Assembly: GCF_006345805.1 (NCBI RefSeq)
Contig: NC_043004.1
Span: 95,046,001 to 95,110,000, forward strand
DNA: 64,000 nucleotides
Source: Octopus sinensis
Lineage: Eukaryota
Reading direction: 5' to 3'
Made by a program: the position numbers and the translations under genes. Positions 48,601 through 61,939 of the stretch are shown here, in pieces; the stretch's first letter is position 1; every line of letters begins with the position of its first letter. Under the pieces are notes generated by a model. That model saw only the letters and a list, made by a program, of their open reading frames with translations, made no database searches and had not been told where the DNA came from.

Positions 48601-49399
48601 GGCAATGTATGAGAGTCATTACACAAAAGATTGCTGGGGAAATACAGTGAAAATAATAAGTTATATTAATTTGGCGATATAGTTAATATTGGAGGCAAAG
48701 AAAAAGAACACTTTTGTGGTTAGATTTCTGAGTAAGAAAGAAAATGAAATAATGCCTACTAGTATTGAAAATGAATAGATTTCTATTCCCCACTGCATAT
48801 AATGGATAAATTATAAAACTGATAGTTCAGACGTTTGATGTTCTGTAATATAAAACATAGATTGCATGTCACATAATGTAATGTCACATTACGCACTGGG
48901 GTATCTGTGAAGATTCTCTGTTCATGAAAAGAATCAAATAGAAGCCAGCTGACCTAAGCTGTTCCAATCTCTAAGATCTTCACCATGCCTGATGTTGTCT
49001 GCCAAAAGCTTATAATTTGCAAAAAGGAAATTTATTTCTTTTAAGTTGCTTAGTCAGGGGAGGAAATGGATCTTTTTAGAGCCTTCAAAAACTGGCAAGG
49101 AAAATGGAATAAGTTATCCTCAGACCAGAGACCTGATTTCAATTCTTAGAAAGGGCTCTGACACAGGGACCCCAAGGAACAGGAGGTAGTGTTAGATCAA
49201 GTGACAGATTAAGTCTACCATCCAATAACAGTAATAACCCCTCTCTCCTACAGTTTCTATCTGATTAATCTCCCTTAAAACTTTCATATGTATAACAGAA
49301 GACACATGTTCAATGCTCCATGTAAGAGGAATTGATGAAAAGAACATGAAGGTTTCAAAAAAATCTTATTAACTACATACACATATTCATTTTAGATTT

Positions 49400-50230
49400 T
49401 GGCAAAGCATGAAGAGTGCTTGAGCCCCTTGGCTCCAAAATGGACCAAACAGAAAAATTCAACAGGTTGAGATCAGGGCTTCTTGAGAGTCATCCATCCT
49501 TGCCTATGAACGACAGATGGTTTTTCTGAATCCAGTGTTGTGTCTGTTTGGAGCTGTGGGATGGTGCTGAGTCCTGCTGGAGGCTCCCTCGATGGAACCA
49601 GATACACTCCCACAGTTGATCATTCTGGTAGTTTACTGTGTGTTTGATGTAAAATTTCTTTTCATCAGTAAACACCAAGTTGGGCAGTGTGCCTTCAGCA
49701 ATCTGATGCAGGATAATACAACGTCTCTCCAGTCTCATGGCCTTATAAACCTGCGTGAGATCATGATAGCAGATCACCTTGTAGGGGTGGGTCCTGATAT
49801 CCTCTTTCAACAATCGATACATCGATGTTCAGCTTATTTTTGCTGATAGCCAGTTTTCTGGTGGAATGATGACGATTTTGCCATATCTGGTACTAGAACA
49901 AGCTGATGTATCCGCACACTTCTTTTTCTGCCATGTCCAGGTCGATCAGAGGTGAACCCAGTCTCATGAAATTTCTTGACAAGCTTCCAGACTGTTGTTC
50001 GGTTAATTTTAAGCTTTTTTGCTATAGCTGTATTACTTTCGCCTCCTTTGTGGAGGGTTATGATTGTATTTCAGTCTATAGCCATTATCTAATTTATAAA
50101 TCTGAATTTATTTCGTTTGAAACAAAAAGAAGATACACTAAGCTTTTACAATGATGTATAATTTTCATAGCTTATCACGTTTATTGATAGTTAATAAAAC
50201 CTTCGGTTACCTTAATTTCAGGAGATCCTG
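49400..50230 (-). mobile_element. maT/DD37D-like Tc1-mariner fossil, internally deleted
   Basis: LKEDI...PYK, LVFTDEKKF, NYQND..W, QQDSAPSH..K.TQ.W, SPDLN.L.FSVWSILE; TIR CAGGATCTCCTGAAATTAAGGTAACCGA next to TA at 50231. Confidence 0.85.
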
Positions 50231-50238
50231 TATGTATG

Positions 50239-50269
<31 letters not shown>

Positions 50270-50378
50270 TAAACGATGATGATGATGATGATGATGATGA
50301 TAGATAGATAGATAGATAGATATACATATATATTCATATTAATACATACCATTTACATTATATATATATATAATATAA

Positions 50379-50496
50379 TATCTATCTATATATACAAACA
50401 GATATATCATCATCATCATCATCATCATTTAACGTCCGCTTAAATGATGATGATGATGATGATGATGATATATCTGTTTGTATATATAGATAGATA
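50379..50496. repeat. Near-perfect foldback palindrome centred on a family E tail fragment
   Basis: ~54-bp arms around a 7-nt loop (CGTCCGC, 50433-50439); the arms differ only by 7 versus 8 CAT units. Confidence 0.9.
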
Positions 50497-51159
50497 TTAT
50501 ATATACATGTACGTACATGTATATATACATATATATATATATACTTGTGTTTATACATATGTATGTGTGTATACATGTATATATGTGCGTGTGTGTGTAT
50601 GTATGTATGTATGCATCTAGATAGATAGATAGCTAGATAGATTAATACAAAGAAGTGTTAGTAAGAAATCATTAGAAAATTTAGTCTTGAGACAATTTAA
50701 AGTAAGACGATGATAAAATATTTGTCAGCTTACCCATTAATAATATGATGTCTATATTTCTATATTACCCATTAATTACCAGAAGTATCAAAATACCATT
50801 ACACTGATAATGGTAATGTTGATAATTGAAAGGGCGACAATGGTGATGATGATGATGACGGTAGTGACAGTGGAAGTGGTGGAGGCAACGGAGGTGGCGA
50901 AGTTGATGGCAGTGGTGGTGGTGGTGGTGGCGTCGGCGACCATTATTGTCATTGTGTTAAGTATTTGTGTTCTGAACTGAACGATCAAATTTTTGATCAG
51001 ATCTCAGATGATAATCCACTGGCACAAGATAGGTGGCACAAGATACAAGAAATGTACAGCTCTCTGGTTTAAGCAGTGGTAGATGGCAGTACTGTAAAAC
51101 TGTAAAAATGTAAGTCATTAATCTTGAACTGTTAAATTAAGAAGAAAACTTATCATTAA

Positions 51160-51380
51160 CCCTTTCGTTACCAACCCGGCTGAAACCAGCTCTGGCTCTG
51201 CAGTACAAATGTCTTGTTTTCATAAATTTTGAATTAAAATCTTCCACCAAACCCTAGTCACAATTTATGTTCCCAATACTAGCTTAATGATAACAAAGTT
51301 ATTTTACTAAATTCTTTGTTACATCTAAAATAATTCAAAGAAACACAGAGCATCTCAAAATAAATACGGTAACGAAAGCG
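51160..51380 (+). mobile_element. piggyBac-type MITE
   Basis: TTAA at 51156-51159 and 51381-51384; TIRs CCCTTTCGTTACC / GGTAACGAAAGCG. Confidence 0.88.
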
Positions 51381-51464
51381 TTAAATCTTTGAGACAGCTA
51401 AGCTCTGAGAAGCAGATTTTCTCTATGGAAATCTAACTCTACAGTGGTTCATATTCTAGGCATA

Positions 51465-52638
51465 CTCTTTACTCTCTTTTACTTGTTTCAGTCATTTGAC
51501 TGCGGCCATGCTGGAGCACCGCCTTTAGTTGAGCAAATCAAAACCCAGGACTTATTCTTTGTAAGCCTAGCACTTATTCTATCGGTCTCTTTTACCGAAC
51601 CACTTAGTTACGGGGGACGTAAACACACCAGCATCGGTTGTCAAGCGATGTTGTGGTGACAACCATACAAGCACATATATTTATACATATACATATATAT
51701 GATGGGCTTTTTTCAGTTTCTCTCTATTAAATCCACTCACAAGGCTTTGGTCAGCCCAAGGCTATAGTAGAAGACACTTGCCCAAAGTACCACGCAGTGG
51801 GACTGAACTGAGAACCATGTGGTTGGTAAGGAAGCTACTTACCACACAGCCACTCCTGCATGGTTATGAAGATACTTCATAATCTCCTGATTTGGGTACA
51901 GCCCCATAGTGTGGCATTTTGAACAAGCTTCTACTATAGCCCCAGACCAACGAAAGCCTCATGATTAAATTTGATAGAAACCAAATGGATCATATTGTGT
52001 ATGTGCTGTGTGTGTGAGTGTGTGTGTGTTTCCTTGTCTTTCAGAACTCTGAAAATAAGGAACAAATTTCTTTAATATTGTGGTCACTTACTTATTGTGT
52101 ATAAACAGAAAGATACCCGTATTTGTACAAATAAAGGGCATACAGACTAACATACACAATCCCCTTCCTTTGTGTGTGTGTTTTTCTGGTTTCTGTATAT
52201 TCTTTCACTGTCCTCCTGTGCCACATTTTACTACTACTACTCTTTTACTCTTTTACTCTTTTACTTGCTTCAGTCATTTGACTGTGGCCATGCTGGAGCA
52301 CCGCCTTTAGTCGAGCAACTCGACCCCGGGACTTATTCTTTTTGTAAGCCCAGTACTTATTCTATCGGTCTCTTTTTGCCGAACCGCTAAGTGACGGGGA
52401 CGCAAACACACCAGCATCGGTTGTCAAGCAATGCTAGGGGAACAAACACAGACATACATATATATATATACATATTATACGACAGGCTTCTTTCAGTTTC
52501 CGTCTACCAAATCCACTCACAAGGCATTGGTCGGCCCGGGGCTATAGCAGAAGACACTTGCCCAAGATGCCACGCAGTGGGACTGAACCCGGAACCATGT
52601 GGTTGGTTAGCAAACTACTTACCACACAGCCACTCCTA
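51465..52638 (-). mobile_element. Two SINE family B copies (51465-51860 and 52240-52638)
   Basis: Reverse complement of the family B consensus. Confidence 0.88.
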
Positions 52639-52824
52639 CTACTACAATGTACACACATACATAAGTGTGTCTCTGTGTATGCATGCATACATACATACAG
52701 ACAGAAAGATTGATAGATAGATGCAAAAATTCAGAATATGCGGAAGTAGATAACTTTTTAATTCCTTATCATAAATACTAGAAAATCTACCTACCTCAAA
52801 TTATAGATTTTGGAAGAGTGTTTC

Positions 52825-52865
<41 letters not shown>

Positions 52866-53454
52866 CGTAGAATACAATAAAATCATCTAATAATATAAAT
52901 AAGCCAAAGCTGAAAAATATTTTCGGTCATAGGGAAAGGAAAACATACTTCATCTGATCGGCTATAAAAGAATTTTGTAATAAAACAAGTAACAATAAGA
53001 GCAACATAAAGGGAAGCAACTGCAACAGGAAGCTAAAAAAAATATCCATAAAACATTGTTAAGAGTTCAGCAATATATGTAAGAGAAATGTGTTTAAAAC
53101 TATATTTATTTAGTCTGCTTCCGTATCGACTATCTCTCAAGTAAAGAAAGACATATAACAATTTTCTTGGATGTATTTCTGATGTAATAAAAACAATAAC
53201 AAATGGATAAAATACACACACAAACACACACACACACATGTAGGTGCCCAGACATATATATCACAAAATGTAAAATATACATACATATATATAGAAACAC
53301 AACTGCTTATATACATGCACATACATTTATACATATATACATACATAACAATAAAAATGATTAAAATGTAAATGTATAGATGTATGCATGTGCACGTAAA
53401 CATATATGATATACAATAAAAATCAAGAATGAATGTAAATTACATACATACATA

Positions 53455-53685
53455 CATACATGCATATATATATATATATAATATATATATATATATATAA
53501 TATATATATATACATATATATTATATATTATATATATACATATATATTATATATATATATATTATATATACATATATATTATATATATATATATACATAT
53601 ATATTATATATATATATATATATGTATACATATATATATTATATATATATATATACATATATATATGTGTGTATATACATATATT

Positions 53686-53734
<49 letters not shown>

Positions 53735-53840
53735 TATATAATATATATATTATATATATATATATATATTATATATACACACATATATATATATATATAA
53801 TATATATATATATAATATATATATAATATATATACACATA

Positions 53841-53884
<44 letters not shown>

Positions 53885-53885
53885 C
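53455..53885. repeat. ~430-bp (TA)n tract
   Basis: Direct inspection. Confidence 0.95.
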
Positions 53886-54502
53886 ATACTGCTAGATAGA
53901 TGTGTATGCATGTGTATTTGTGCATGTGGTTAAACCTACACACATACACACATGAACATACAGACACACACACACAAGAATAGCAAAATGAAAGAAAACA
54001 CATTTATTCACATACACGTATGTATCTATAGATATATAGAAAATTACAAAAATAAAAAGGCTTCAAAATATATAGACACACACATGTTTGCATATATGTA
54101 TGTATGTATGTATGTATGTAGTATGTATGTATGTATGTATGTATGTATGTATGTATACATTTATATACATGTATAAAAGAACAACAGACTATAAAATAGG
54201 CTTGTGTCTGCACATATCCATACCCCCCCCCACACACACACACATATGTGTTTATAAGTTAAAAGTGTATAATAAATATTGTATACAATGCAATGCAAAA
54301 TTATACAAAGACACAGATACAGTTGTGCATGCAAATCATCTCTAAACAAACAAATCCAAACACAAACAAACACATGCACACACACATACATAGGCGTGCA
54401 CACAAAAATTCATGCACAAACACACACAAAAACACACATTTACCATAATTTTTTCTGTCTTTTTTATTCCCATGATTCTATGTTTCTGAATTGTTTTTGC
54501 AG

Positions 54503-54555
54503 GTCAGAACTTCAGATAGTAAACTTTATTATGACTTTCTTTGAGACAGCTCTGG
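54503..54555 (+). CDS. Candidate internal exon (SELQIVNFIMTFFETAL)
   Basis: Acceptor TTGTTTTTGCAG, donor GTTAGT, open frame, phase 2 to 1. Confidence 0.35.
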
Positions 54556-54699
54556 GTTAGTTTTGCAAGAAGTAGAGGGCACTCGGCTTTGATTTTCCCT
54601 AATCATGACATGTTTTCTCTGTTGGTGATTTGCTATGCTTTAAGAAGACATGTCAAGCTTAGTGAAATTGTAGTTGTGGCCAGTATTTGTTGTGACATG

Positions 54700-54969
54700 T
54701 TAAAGGCATTTGTGCCAGTGACATGTAAAAGGCACCTGTGCTGGTGACACATTAAAGGCATCCATGCTGGTGATATGTTAAAAGCATCAACTACACTCTA
54801 TGGAGTGGATGGTGTTAGGAAAGGCATCCTGCTGTAGAAAAGAGACTGGAACCTGGTACAGCTCTCCAGCTTACCAGGTCCAGTAAAACCATCTAACCTA
54901 TACCAGCCTGGAAAAACAGACGTTAAACAATGATGATGATGATGATGAGTAGTAGTGGTAGTAGTAGTG

Positions 54970-55040
<71 letters not shown>

Positions 55041-55053
55041 GGTGGTGGTGGTG

Positions 55054-55101
<48 letters not shown>

Positions 55102-55195
55102 GTAGTAGGAGGAGGAGGAGGAGGAGGAGGAGGATGAAGAGGAGGAGGAGGATAATGAAGATGATAAGGAGGAGGATGATGATGATGATGAGAGG
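54700..55195 (+). repeat. Family E copy whose (GAT)n tail grades into an (AGT)n/(GGT)n/(AGG)n compound trinucleotide array
   Basis: GGAAAGGCATCC...GACGTTAAACAATGATGATG followed by successive triplet blocks at 54930-55190. Confidence 0.85.
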
Positions 55196-55286
55196 GCATA
55201 TTTGATTGTATGAGTTACAGTAAATTACTGACTGCTACCATATCATATTATTTATATGTGACAGTACGTAGAATAGGGGAGAAATG

Positions 55287-55504
55287 CAGTTCTATATTTA
55301 AGAGACGAGGAATTATGCACATTATTTACATTATTTACATTATTTACATTAGACGGATATTTGTCCTCATCTTGTTTGTTGTTAACACAACGTTTCGGCT
55401 GATATACCCTCCAGCCTTCTCCACGGTACCTGATGAAGGCTGGAGGGTATATCAGCCAAAATGTTGTGTTAACAACAAACAAGATGAGGACAAATATCAA
55501 TGTA
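55287..55504 (-). mobile_element. Penelope-like pLTR (-) plus inverted partial copy (+), hammerhead family 4
   Basis: Palindrome 55356-55498; + arm CTGATGA-A-GGCTG-gagggtatat-CAGCC-(A)AAA-T-GTT-GTGTT; - arm has intact GAAACGTTGTGTT; flanking direct repeat GAGAAATG at 55279-55286 and 55508-55515. Confidence 0.78.
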
Positions 55505-55584
55505 GAAGAGAAATGGTTGAGTAGTAAAGGTTTTATGCTACCTGTTCAGGTATGATCATTTCAAATCTTGTGCAGTAATTCAGT

Positions 55585-55860
55585 TGTCTCAAACAGAGGA
55601 CACTTCAGTTTATTGTACTTCTGTTCACCATACTCTGAAAAATAACATTTACACCACACTTTTGTTTATTGATTTTGGTGCCTCTATAGTCATCAATAGA
55701 CATAGCATCCTCTTGGCCTGCTCACCCTTGATGAAGCAGAATATCAAGGTTACAACAAATGGAGAGTGATTGAACTGCATCAGCACTAGACAGGTACTCA
55801 TTAGTGGATCCACATGCAGTGATGTACCTTGCTCAACTATATGAATTGCTTCTCAGTCAA
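55585..55860 (+). mobile_element. Highly decayed LINE reverse transcriptase fragment (Rex1/Babar-like)
   Basis: TED....VHHTL.N..Y..LLFIDFG followed by an RQV.I.G...S remnant; resembles RT domains 3-4. Confidence 0.4.
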
Positions 55861-56450
55861 GGAATCAAACTCATAATGATCATAAGCACAAAAACCCCAC
55901 TGCTAGGCCAAATGCCTATGTTGTGAGGAATAGAAATGGAAACTTTCTGAGAAAGTTTCCTGTTATAGACTATGGTTTATCTCATATCTTGATATGCGAG
56001 ACAAAAACAAGATCTCACCCGCAACCATCATTTAAGGTAAAAAACAACATTTTCCCTCTCATTCTTCTCACATTGATGCCAAGAGTATGCTTTGAAGCCA
56101 GGAACTCATTGCAGAATTTTGTCCCGCTGTGATACCTCACGTGTGTGGGAGAGAAGGCTAACTATGCACTACTGTGAAGATGGTTACTAAAAGCTAACCC
56201 CTTGTATGAAGCACCTGTGAATAAATGGTTATTGAATTGACTCCACTTGAGCACTTCATTCTTCATATTTCCAGCTCTTTGAATCAACAGAATAATTAAA
56301 ATTGAAGAAGAAGATACCCCAAAAGTATCATAAAATCCTTCCTTCCAGAGTATGGATTATCTCATATCTTAATAAGAAGTTGTGTCTAGGTCTTTGTATG
56401 ACTTTGCTTTGCATTGTATACTTATTTATCATACACCTAGTATTACAGCA

Positions 56451-56791
56451 TGTGAAGGCGCATGGCTCAGTGATTAGAGCATCGAGCTTACGATCGTGAA
56501 GTTGTGAGCTCGAATCCCGGACCGGGCTGCGTGTTGTGTTCTTGAGCAGGACACTTTATTTCACGTTGCTCCAGTTCACTCAGCTGTAGAAATGAGTTGC
56601 GACGTCACAGGTGCCGAGCTGTATCGACATTTGTCTTTCCCTTGGATAACACTGGTGGCGTGGAGAGGGGAGGCCAGTATGCATGAGCGACTGCTGGTCT
56701 TCCATAAACAACCTCGCCCGGACTTGTGTCTAGGAGGGTAACTTTCTAGGTGCAATCCCATGGTCTGTGTCATGACCGAAGGGGGTGTCCG
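56451..56791 (+). mobile_element. SINE family D with 12-bp TSD
   Basis: TSD AGTATTACAGCA at 56439-56450 and 56792-56803; colinear with 8737-9076. Confidence 0.9.
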
Positions 56792-57132
56792 AGTATTACA
56801 GCAATCATAGTGCAGCAATAGTCATTAAGATATTAGTAATTTATAAATGGATTATTTCTTATTTAGTTATCACAGGGTTGAAAATTTAGTTGCTTGTAGT
56901 AGATGTAAAGTAGCTGCTGAATGTGTAGATATTTTGACATAAGTATTTAGTTTAACACTCTATCAACTTCAGTCTTAATAAAAATCTCTTACAATAGCAT
57001 GAAGTCACAATATTTTAGAGGATAAGTATAATTAAATGAATTAATCTTTGCATAATCTTTGTTCATCTGTCAACTATACCGTGGACAATGATGGATGCAC
57101 CACATTTTCTATTTATTATAGTATATGTGCAG

Positions 57133-57299
57133 CAATGTTCCACGATTGTCTTTCAAAGTTAATACTACCTGAAGGTCACATGAATATTGTGGCCATCGGG
57201 TCTGTAAAACTCAAGCAGCAGCAAGAAAACTTGATTAAGATTCTGAACCATATTCATTCGCTTCAAGAAGTCTTGGAGACACCAATATCAGTTGATTAA
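57133..57299 (+). CDS. Candidate terminal exon (A-MFHDCLSKLILPEGHMNIVAIGSVKLKQQQENLIKILNHIHSLQEVLETPISVD*)
   Basis: Non-repetitive open frame with an AG acceptor at 57131-57132, in frame with 54503-54555; no homology recognised. Confidence 0.25.
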
Positions 57300-57839
57300 T
57301 TCAACTCCTGGTGGCAGTAATCAACTGATACTTTATTTTATTGACCCCAGGAGGATGAAAGACTAAGTTGTCATCAGTGATATTGAACACAGAGTGTTAC
57401 GAATGTAAAGAGCCAGAACTAAATAGCATTCATTGTTTTCTTCAATGCTACCATGATTCTGCTAGTTTACTTTCCGTCTTATTACATAACTGTTACATAT
57501 ATCCTTGATCTTGGTGGTGAGTGTGAAAGGCCAGATTTTAGATCAGAACATAGTGAGTGTAGGATTAGATTAGTGTAAAGCGTTATTTAGTTTCAGCATA
57601 TATATTATGTATTGTCACCCCATTAATTGATTCACTCTTATAACATTGGTTTCTCACATAAACACAAGGAAGCAGTTGACTGAGGATTTATAGCATTCAT
57701 ACGTTTTGCATTGCTATTAGCAATGGGAAGCAGGTATGAGTATGGGCTTAAGAAGTTCACTTTGCAAAGCTTTGGTTCCAGGTTTAATCCTATGACTTGG
57801 CAACTTAAACAAATGTCTTTTGCTCTATCTTCAGAAAGA

Positions 57840-58890
57840 ACATCATCATCATCATCATCATTGTTAAACATCCGCTTTCCATGCTGGCATGGGTTGGGCG
57901 GTTTGACTGAGGATTGGCAAGCCAGTGGGCTGCACCAGGCTCCAATCTGATCTGGAAATGTTGCTACAGCTGGATGCCCTTCCTAACATCAACCACTCCG
58001 AGAGTGTAGTGGGTGCTTTTTACATACCACCAGCATAGGAGCCAATCAGGGGACACTGCCATCAACAATGTTCAGTTGGTGCTTTTGACGTGCCATCAGC
58101 ACAGGAGACAGTCAGGGGGCCCTAGCATTGACCATGTTCAGATGGTGCTTTTTACGTGCCATCAGCACAGGAGCCAGTCAGGGGGCCCTAGCATTGACTA
58201 CATTCGGATGGTGCTTTTTACATGCCACCAGCATGGGAGCCAATCAGGGGGCCCTAGCATTGACTATGTTCAGATGGTGCTTTTTACGAGCCACCAGCAT
58301 AGCAGCCAGTCAGGTGGTACTGGCATTGACCACATTCAGATGGTGCTTTTTAATGTGCCACTGGCACGGGAGTGGTTGGAATTTGTTGAATGGTTAGGTG
58401 ATTAGATTGTTTGCCTCATGTTCATAGGTTCCAGGTTTTTAATTCCAAACTGATCTGTGTATTATGTTTTTGAACAAAACATTACATCATCATCATTTAG
58501 CATCCGCTTTCCATGCTAGCATGGGTTGGACAGTTCAACTGGGGTCTGGGAAGCCAGAAGGCTGCACCAGGCCCAGTCTGATCTGGCAATGTTTCTATGG
58601 CTGGATGCCCTTCCTAATGCCAACCACTCTGTGAGTGTAGTGGGTGCTTTTTACGTGCCACCCGCACAGGTGCCAGGCGAGGCTGGCAACGGCCATGATC
58701 GGATGGTGCTTTTTACGTGCCACCGGCACTGGTATCAGCTACAATTTCCATTAATGTTGATCGATTTCGACAAGTAGAGTTTTGTGTCCCAAGAAGGAAA
58801 GGTATGCATAAGTGGACTGGCTACATCCCAAGTAGAGGCCATGGGTTATGATCTCACTTGTCCTGTCGGGTCTTCTCACACACAGCATAC
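57840..58890 (-). mobile_element. Two family E copies (57840-58375, 58487-58890); the first holds a ~63-bp internal tandem array
   Basis: (CAT)n-...CATCCGCTTTCCATGCT.GCATGGGTTGG starts; the unit GTGCTTTTTACGTGCCATCAGCACAGGAGCCAGTCAGGGGGCCCTAGCATTGACCATGTTCAGATG repeats about 6 times at 58012-58370. Confidence 0.85.
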
Positions 58891-60172
58891 TTGCATAGGT
58901 CTCAGTCTCTAGTTTCAATGAAAATGAGTACCAGCAATGGCTGGAGTGTTAACCCTGTAATGGAATGACCTCTCGTTCCTGAGGAAATATCATACACTTG
59001 GCCACTTATACTCCATAGAAACTAGTATGAGCTCTGGATTAGAGAGTGCATGGCCTAAGACTTATAATAATAGTTTGTCACATATTTCTGTAGTGCCTGT
59101 GAAGAAGTTGATCTCCATTTCTGTTTTTTCTGCTGTTTGCTTTTGCTCCACTGATGAGTTAAATATGGCGTAACACCTTTGGGCACTAAGAAAGAAGACT
59201 CAAAAATGGACACAAAGGCGGTGGGTGGAGGCTGGGCAAAAAATAGAAAGTGATAAGGAAATACAAACTGCTTAACACAGATCACAGAAAGAAGGGGAAA
59301 TATTAATGTATACTGATGTGTGCGTGCGTGTGTGTGTGTGTGTGTGTAGCAATCTGCTAACAAGACAGTTCCCAAAACTGGACAGTTATGGCTGGAATTG
59401 AGATCTCTCAGTCAGTGTATATCTACCTACCTCCCAGATAGTCCACTTAGAACACAGGATGGCCAAGGGTTAGGTGATTATCATCATTTGCTTGTCTGCT
59501 CAGCTCATGTTCTCTTAAAGCATTGATTGTAAATTAAAACTCAATAAGTTCATAAATATTAATTTCAATCTACCTACAAGGAAGTGTGAGTCAAAGCTAG
59601 GATGCCTTTCATCATAGGTCTACACAGTTGGAGTTTACCTATAATTAATTTAAAACACTAACAACACAATCACTCAAACTTTTTATTCCCTCTCTTTCTC
59701 CTTCTCTCTTTCTCCCTTTCTTTTCCCACAATGTCTCACTCTGTGTGTGTGTGTATATATATATACAAAATAAGAAAATGGAGAAATACACCTTAATCAA
59801 TAATCAACTACCAGATAATACCCAATCACATAATTTATTAACCAACTACATATGAACATCAAGGTCAAACATAATAGTACAGAACAAAACAATGCACATC
59901 AATGAGTAATATGATACAATAAGTACAACTAACTAACTAACAATATGTATAAATAAACATAAATAAATATATATAAATATAAACTACATCTTACAGCTGT
60001 TTCAGCCATGTAGATATGGGTATCTCATTATGCTCATATTAGCCAATACAATAAATGAATTAATTGCATCGCAATTCTTAACATTTATGCATTAACTTTG
60101 TTGGGTGCTTTACTAGCAGTATATTGGATATATGTTATCCCATGGTGGGTTGCACTCACAACCCCTATCTCA

Positions 60173-60217
<45 letters not shown>

Positions 60218-60224
60218 TATATTG

Positions 60225-60558
60225 CCAGCCTACCCTCGCACCTGTGCCAGTGGCATGTAAAAAGCACCATCTGAACGTGGCTGATGCCAGTGCCGCCTTG
60301 ACTGGCTTCCGTGTCATTGGCACATAAAAACCACTAACCGATCGTGGCCATTGCCAGCCTCCCCTAGCACCTGTGCCAGTGGTATGTAAAAATCACCCAC
60401 TACACTCATGGAGTGGTTGGCGTTAGGAAGGGCATCCAGCTGTAGAAACGCTGCCATATCACACTGGAGCATGGTGCAGCCTCCTGGCTTCCCAGACCCC
60501 GGTCGAACCATCCAACCCATGCTAGCATGGAAAACGGACGTTAAACGATGATGATGAT
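60225..60558 (+). mobile_element. Family E copy
   Basis: GGAAGGGCATCCAGCTGTAGAAAC...GGACGTTAAACGATGATGATGAT. Confidence 0.88.
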
Positions 60559-60859
60559 ATATATATATATAAGGTGTATTCCATTAGGAAAGTATTAGAG
60601 TACAAAGTAAAGCTCGTTCACTTGAGGAGATACAAATGGATCCAATTATACAGGTAAAGCATTGCTTAATTTAAATCGTGTGTATATGTGGATCTATGTT
60701 GTAGCGAAACATGTGTAGGGTTAATTAAATAGCTGTCTAAATATACTCATACTTGACTGTATCTATTCAATTTTAAACACACACATATACATATATGTAT
60801 ATACATCATGCCCTCATGGAAAGCGAAGGTTAAACAACAATGATGATGACGATCGTTAG

Positions 60860-61030
60860 CCACTTCGCTCATCTTTTCTCTCCTTGTTTTTTCTGTCTCC
60901 CTTTCTGTCGAAGAGCGTAGGCTCAAAACATAAAAGACTTTTTCTATTCCTGAGCGTTATACTAATACATCTGTTTGTTTTGTACACCACCTGTCTTTGT
61001 CTTTTGTTTTTTTCGTAAACTCTCCCTATA
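60860..61030 (+). mobile_element. Hammerhead-like pLTR family 1 copy with CpG decay
   Basis: CTTT-CTGTCGA-A-GAGC-gtag-GCTC-AAAA-CATA-AAAG at 60901-60936. Confidence 0.68.
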
Positions 61031-61939
61031 TATATATATGTATATATTTAACTATCTCTTTTATTTGTCTGTCTCTCCCTCTCACTCAATCAACCTGTCT
61101 CTCTGTCTATATGTTTTTTCCTCTCAACTCAATTCCTTCTCTTTTTCTCCCTATCTGTAATACTTTGTTTCTTTTCGTCTCTTTTTCTCCCTGTTTCCCT
61201 TAAATAGAACTTACTAATATATTTACTAATAGAAATTCTAATTCATCACATCTTCGCTCCCTCAGACACATCTTATATATCCATGCTATGCTGACAGGAA
61301 TTCAAGAATGGCATACCCTCCTGTGGCACATAGGCAAAACATTAGAATGAGATTTAGAGAAAATTTAGTTGTTATTTCTAGTAGGACAAGCAACCGTGCA
61401 GAGACCACCCTTCATTGGCTGAAAGTAAGCTTGATATCTGTTTAGCCCAGATTAGTCAAGATATAACTGTTTTATGATAATAAGGTGTTCCAATCATAAC
61501 CATACCATCTTTTTCTATATCAGCAACTATATTGTTCAATAGCCCCAGCATGGCCGCAGCCTTCGGACTAAAACATTTTTAAGGATTTAAGGATTTAGTA
61601 AGGTGAGATTTGAGAGAGATTTGGCAGCTATCCTCAGTGGATCGAGAAACCATGAAGTAAATATTTATTAATTGATTGATTGATTGATTCTAGTTTCAGC
61701 TCATGAGCTGTGGCCATGCTGGGGCACCGCCATTTAATTAAATAATTATAAATTATTTAATCACACTGATGATGGCTGCAAGACACAAAAAATTAGTCTT
61801 TTCAATTACAGCCAATTTCTGGTTTGTGTGGTAGTTTAGTTTGCAATAATTTTTGTTTGTGAACAGAAAAATAATGGGTTCATTTTCTCTGATGAGTGAT
61901 CAATAGACTGTGAAACATATCAGGGCAATCTCCGTTATT

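Noticed and set aside
59985-60040. Minus-strand GAAAC-AGCT-GTA-AGATG half hammerhead
   Set aside because: No CUGANGA or stem I partner was found upstream; at most a decayed remnant.
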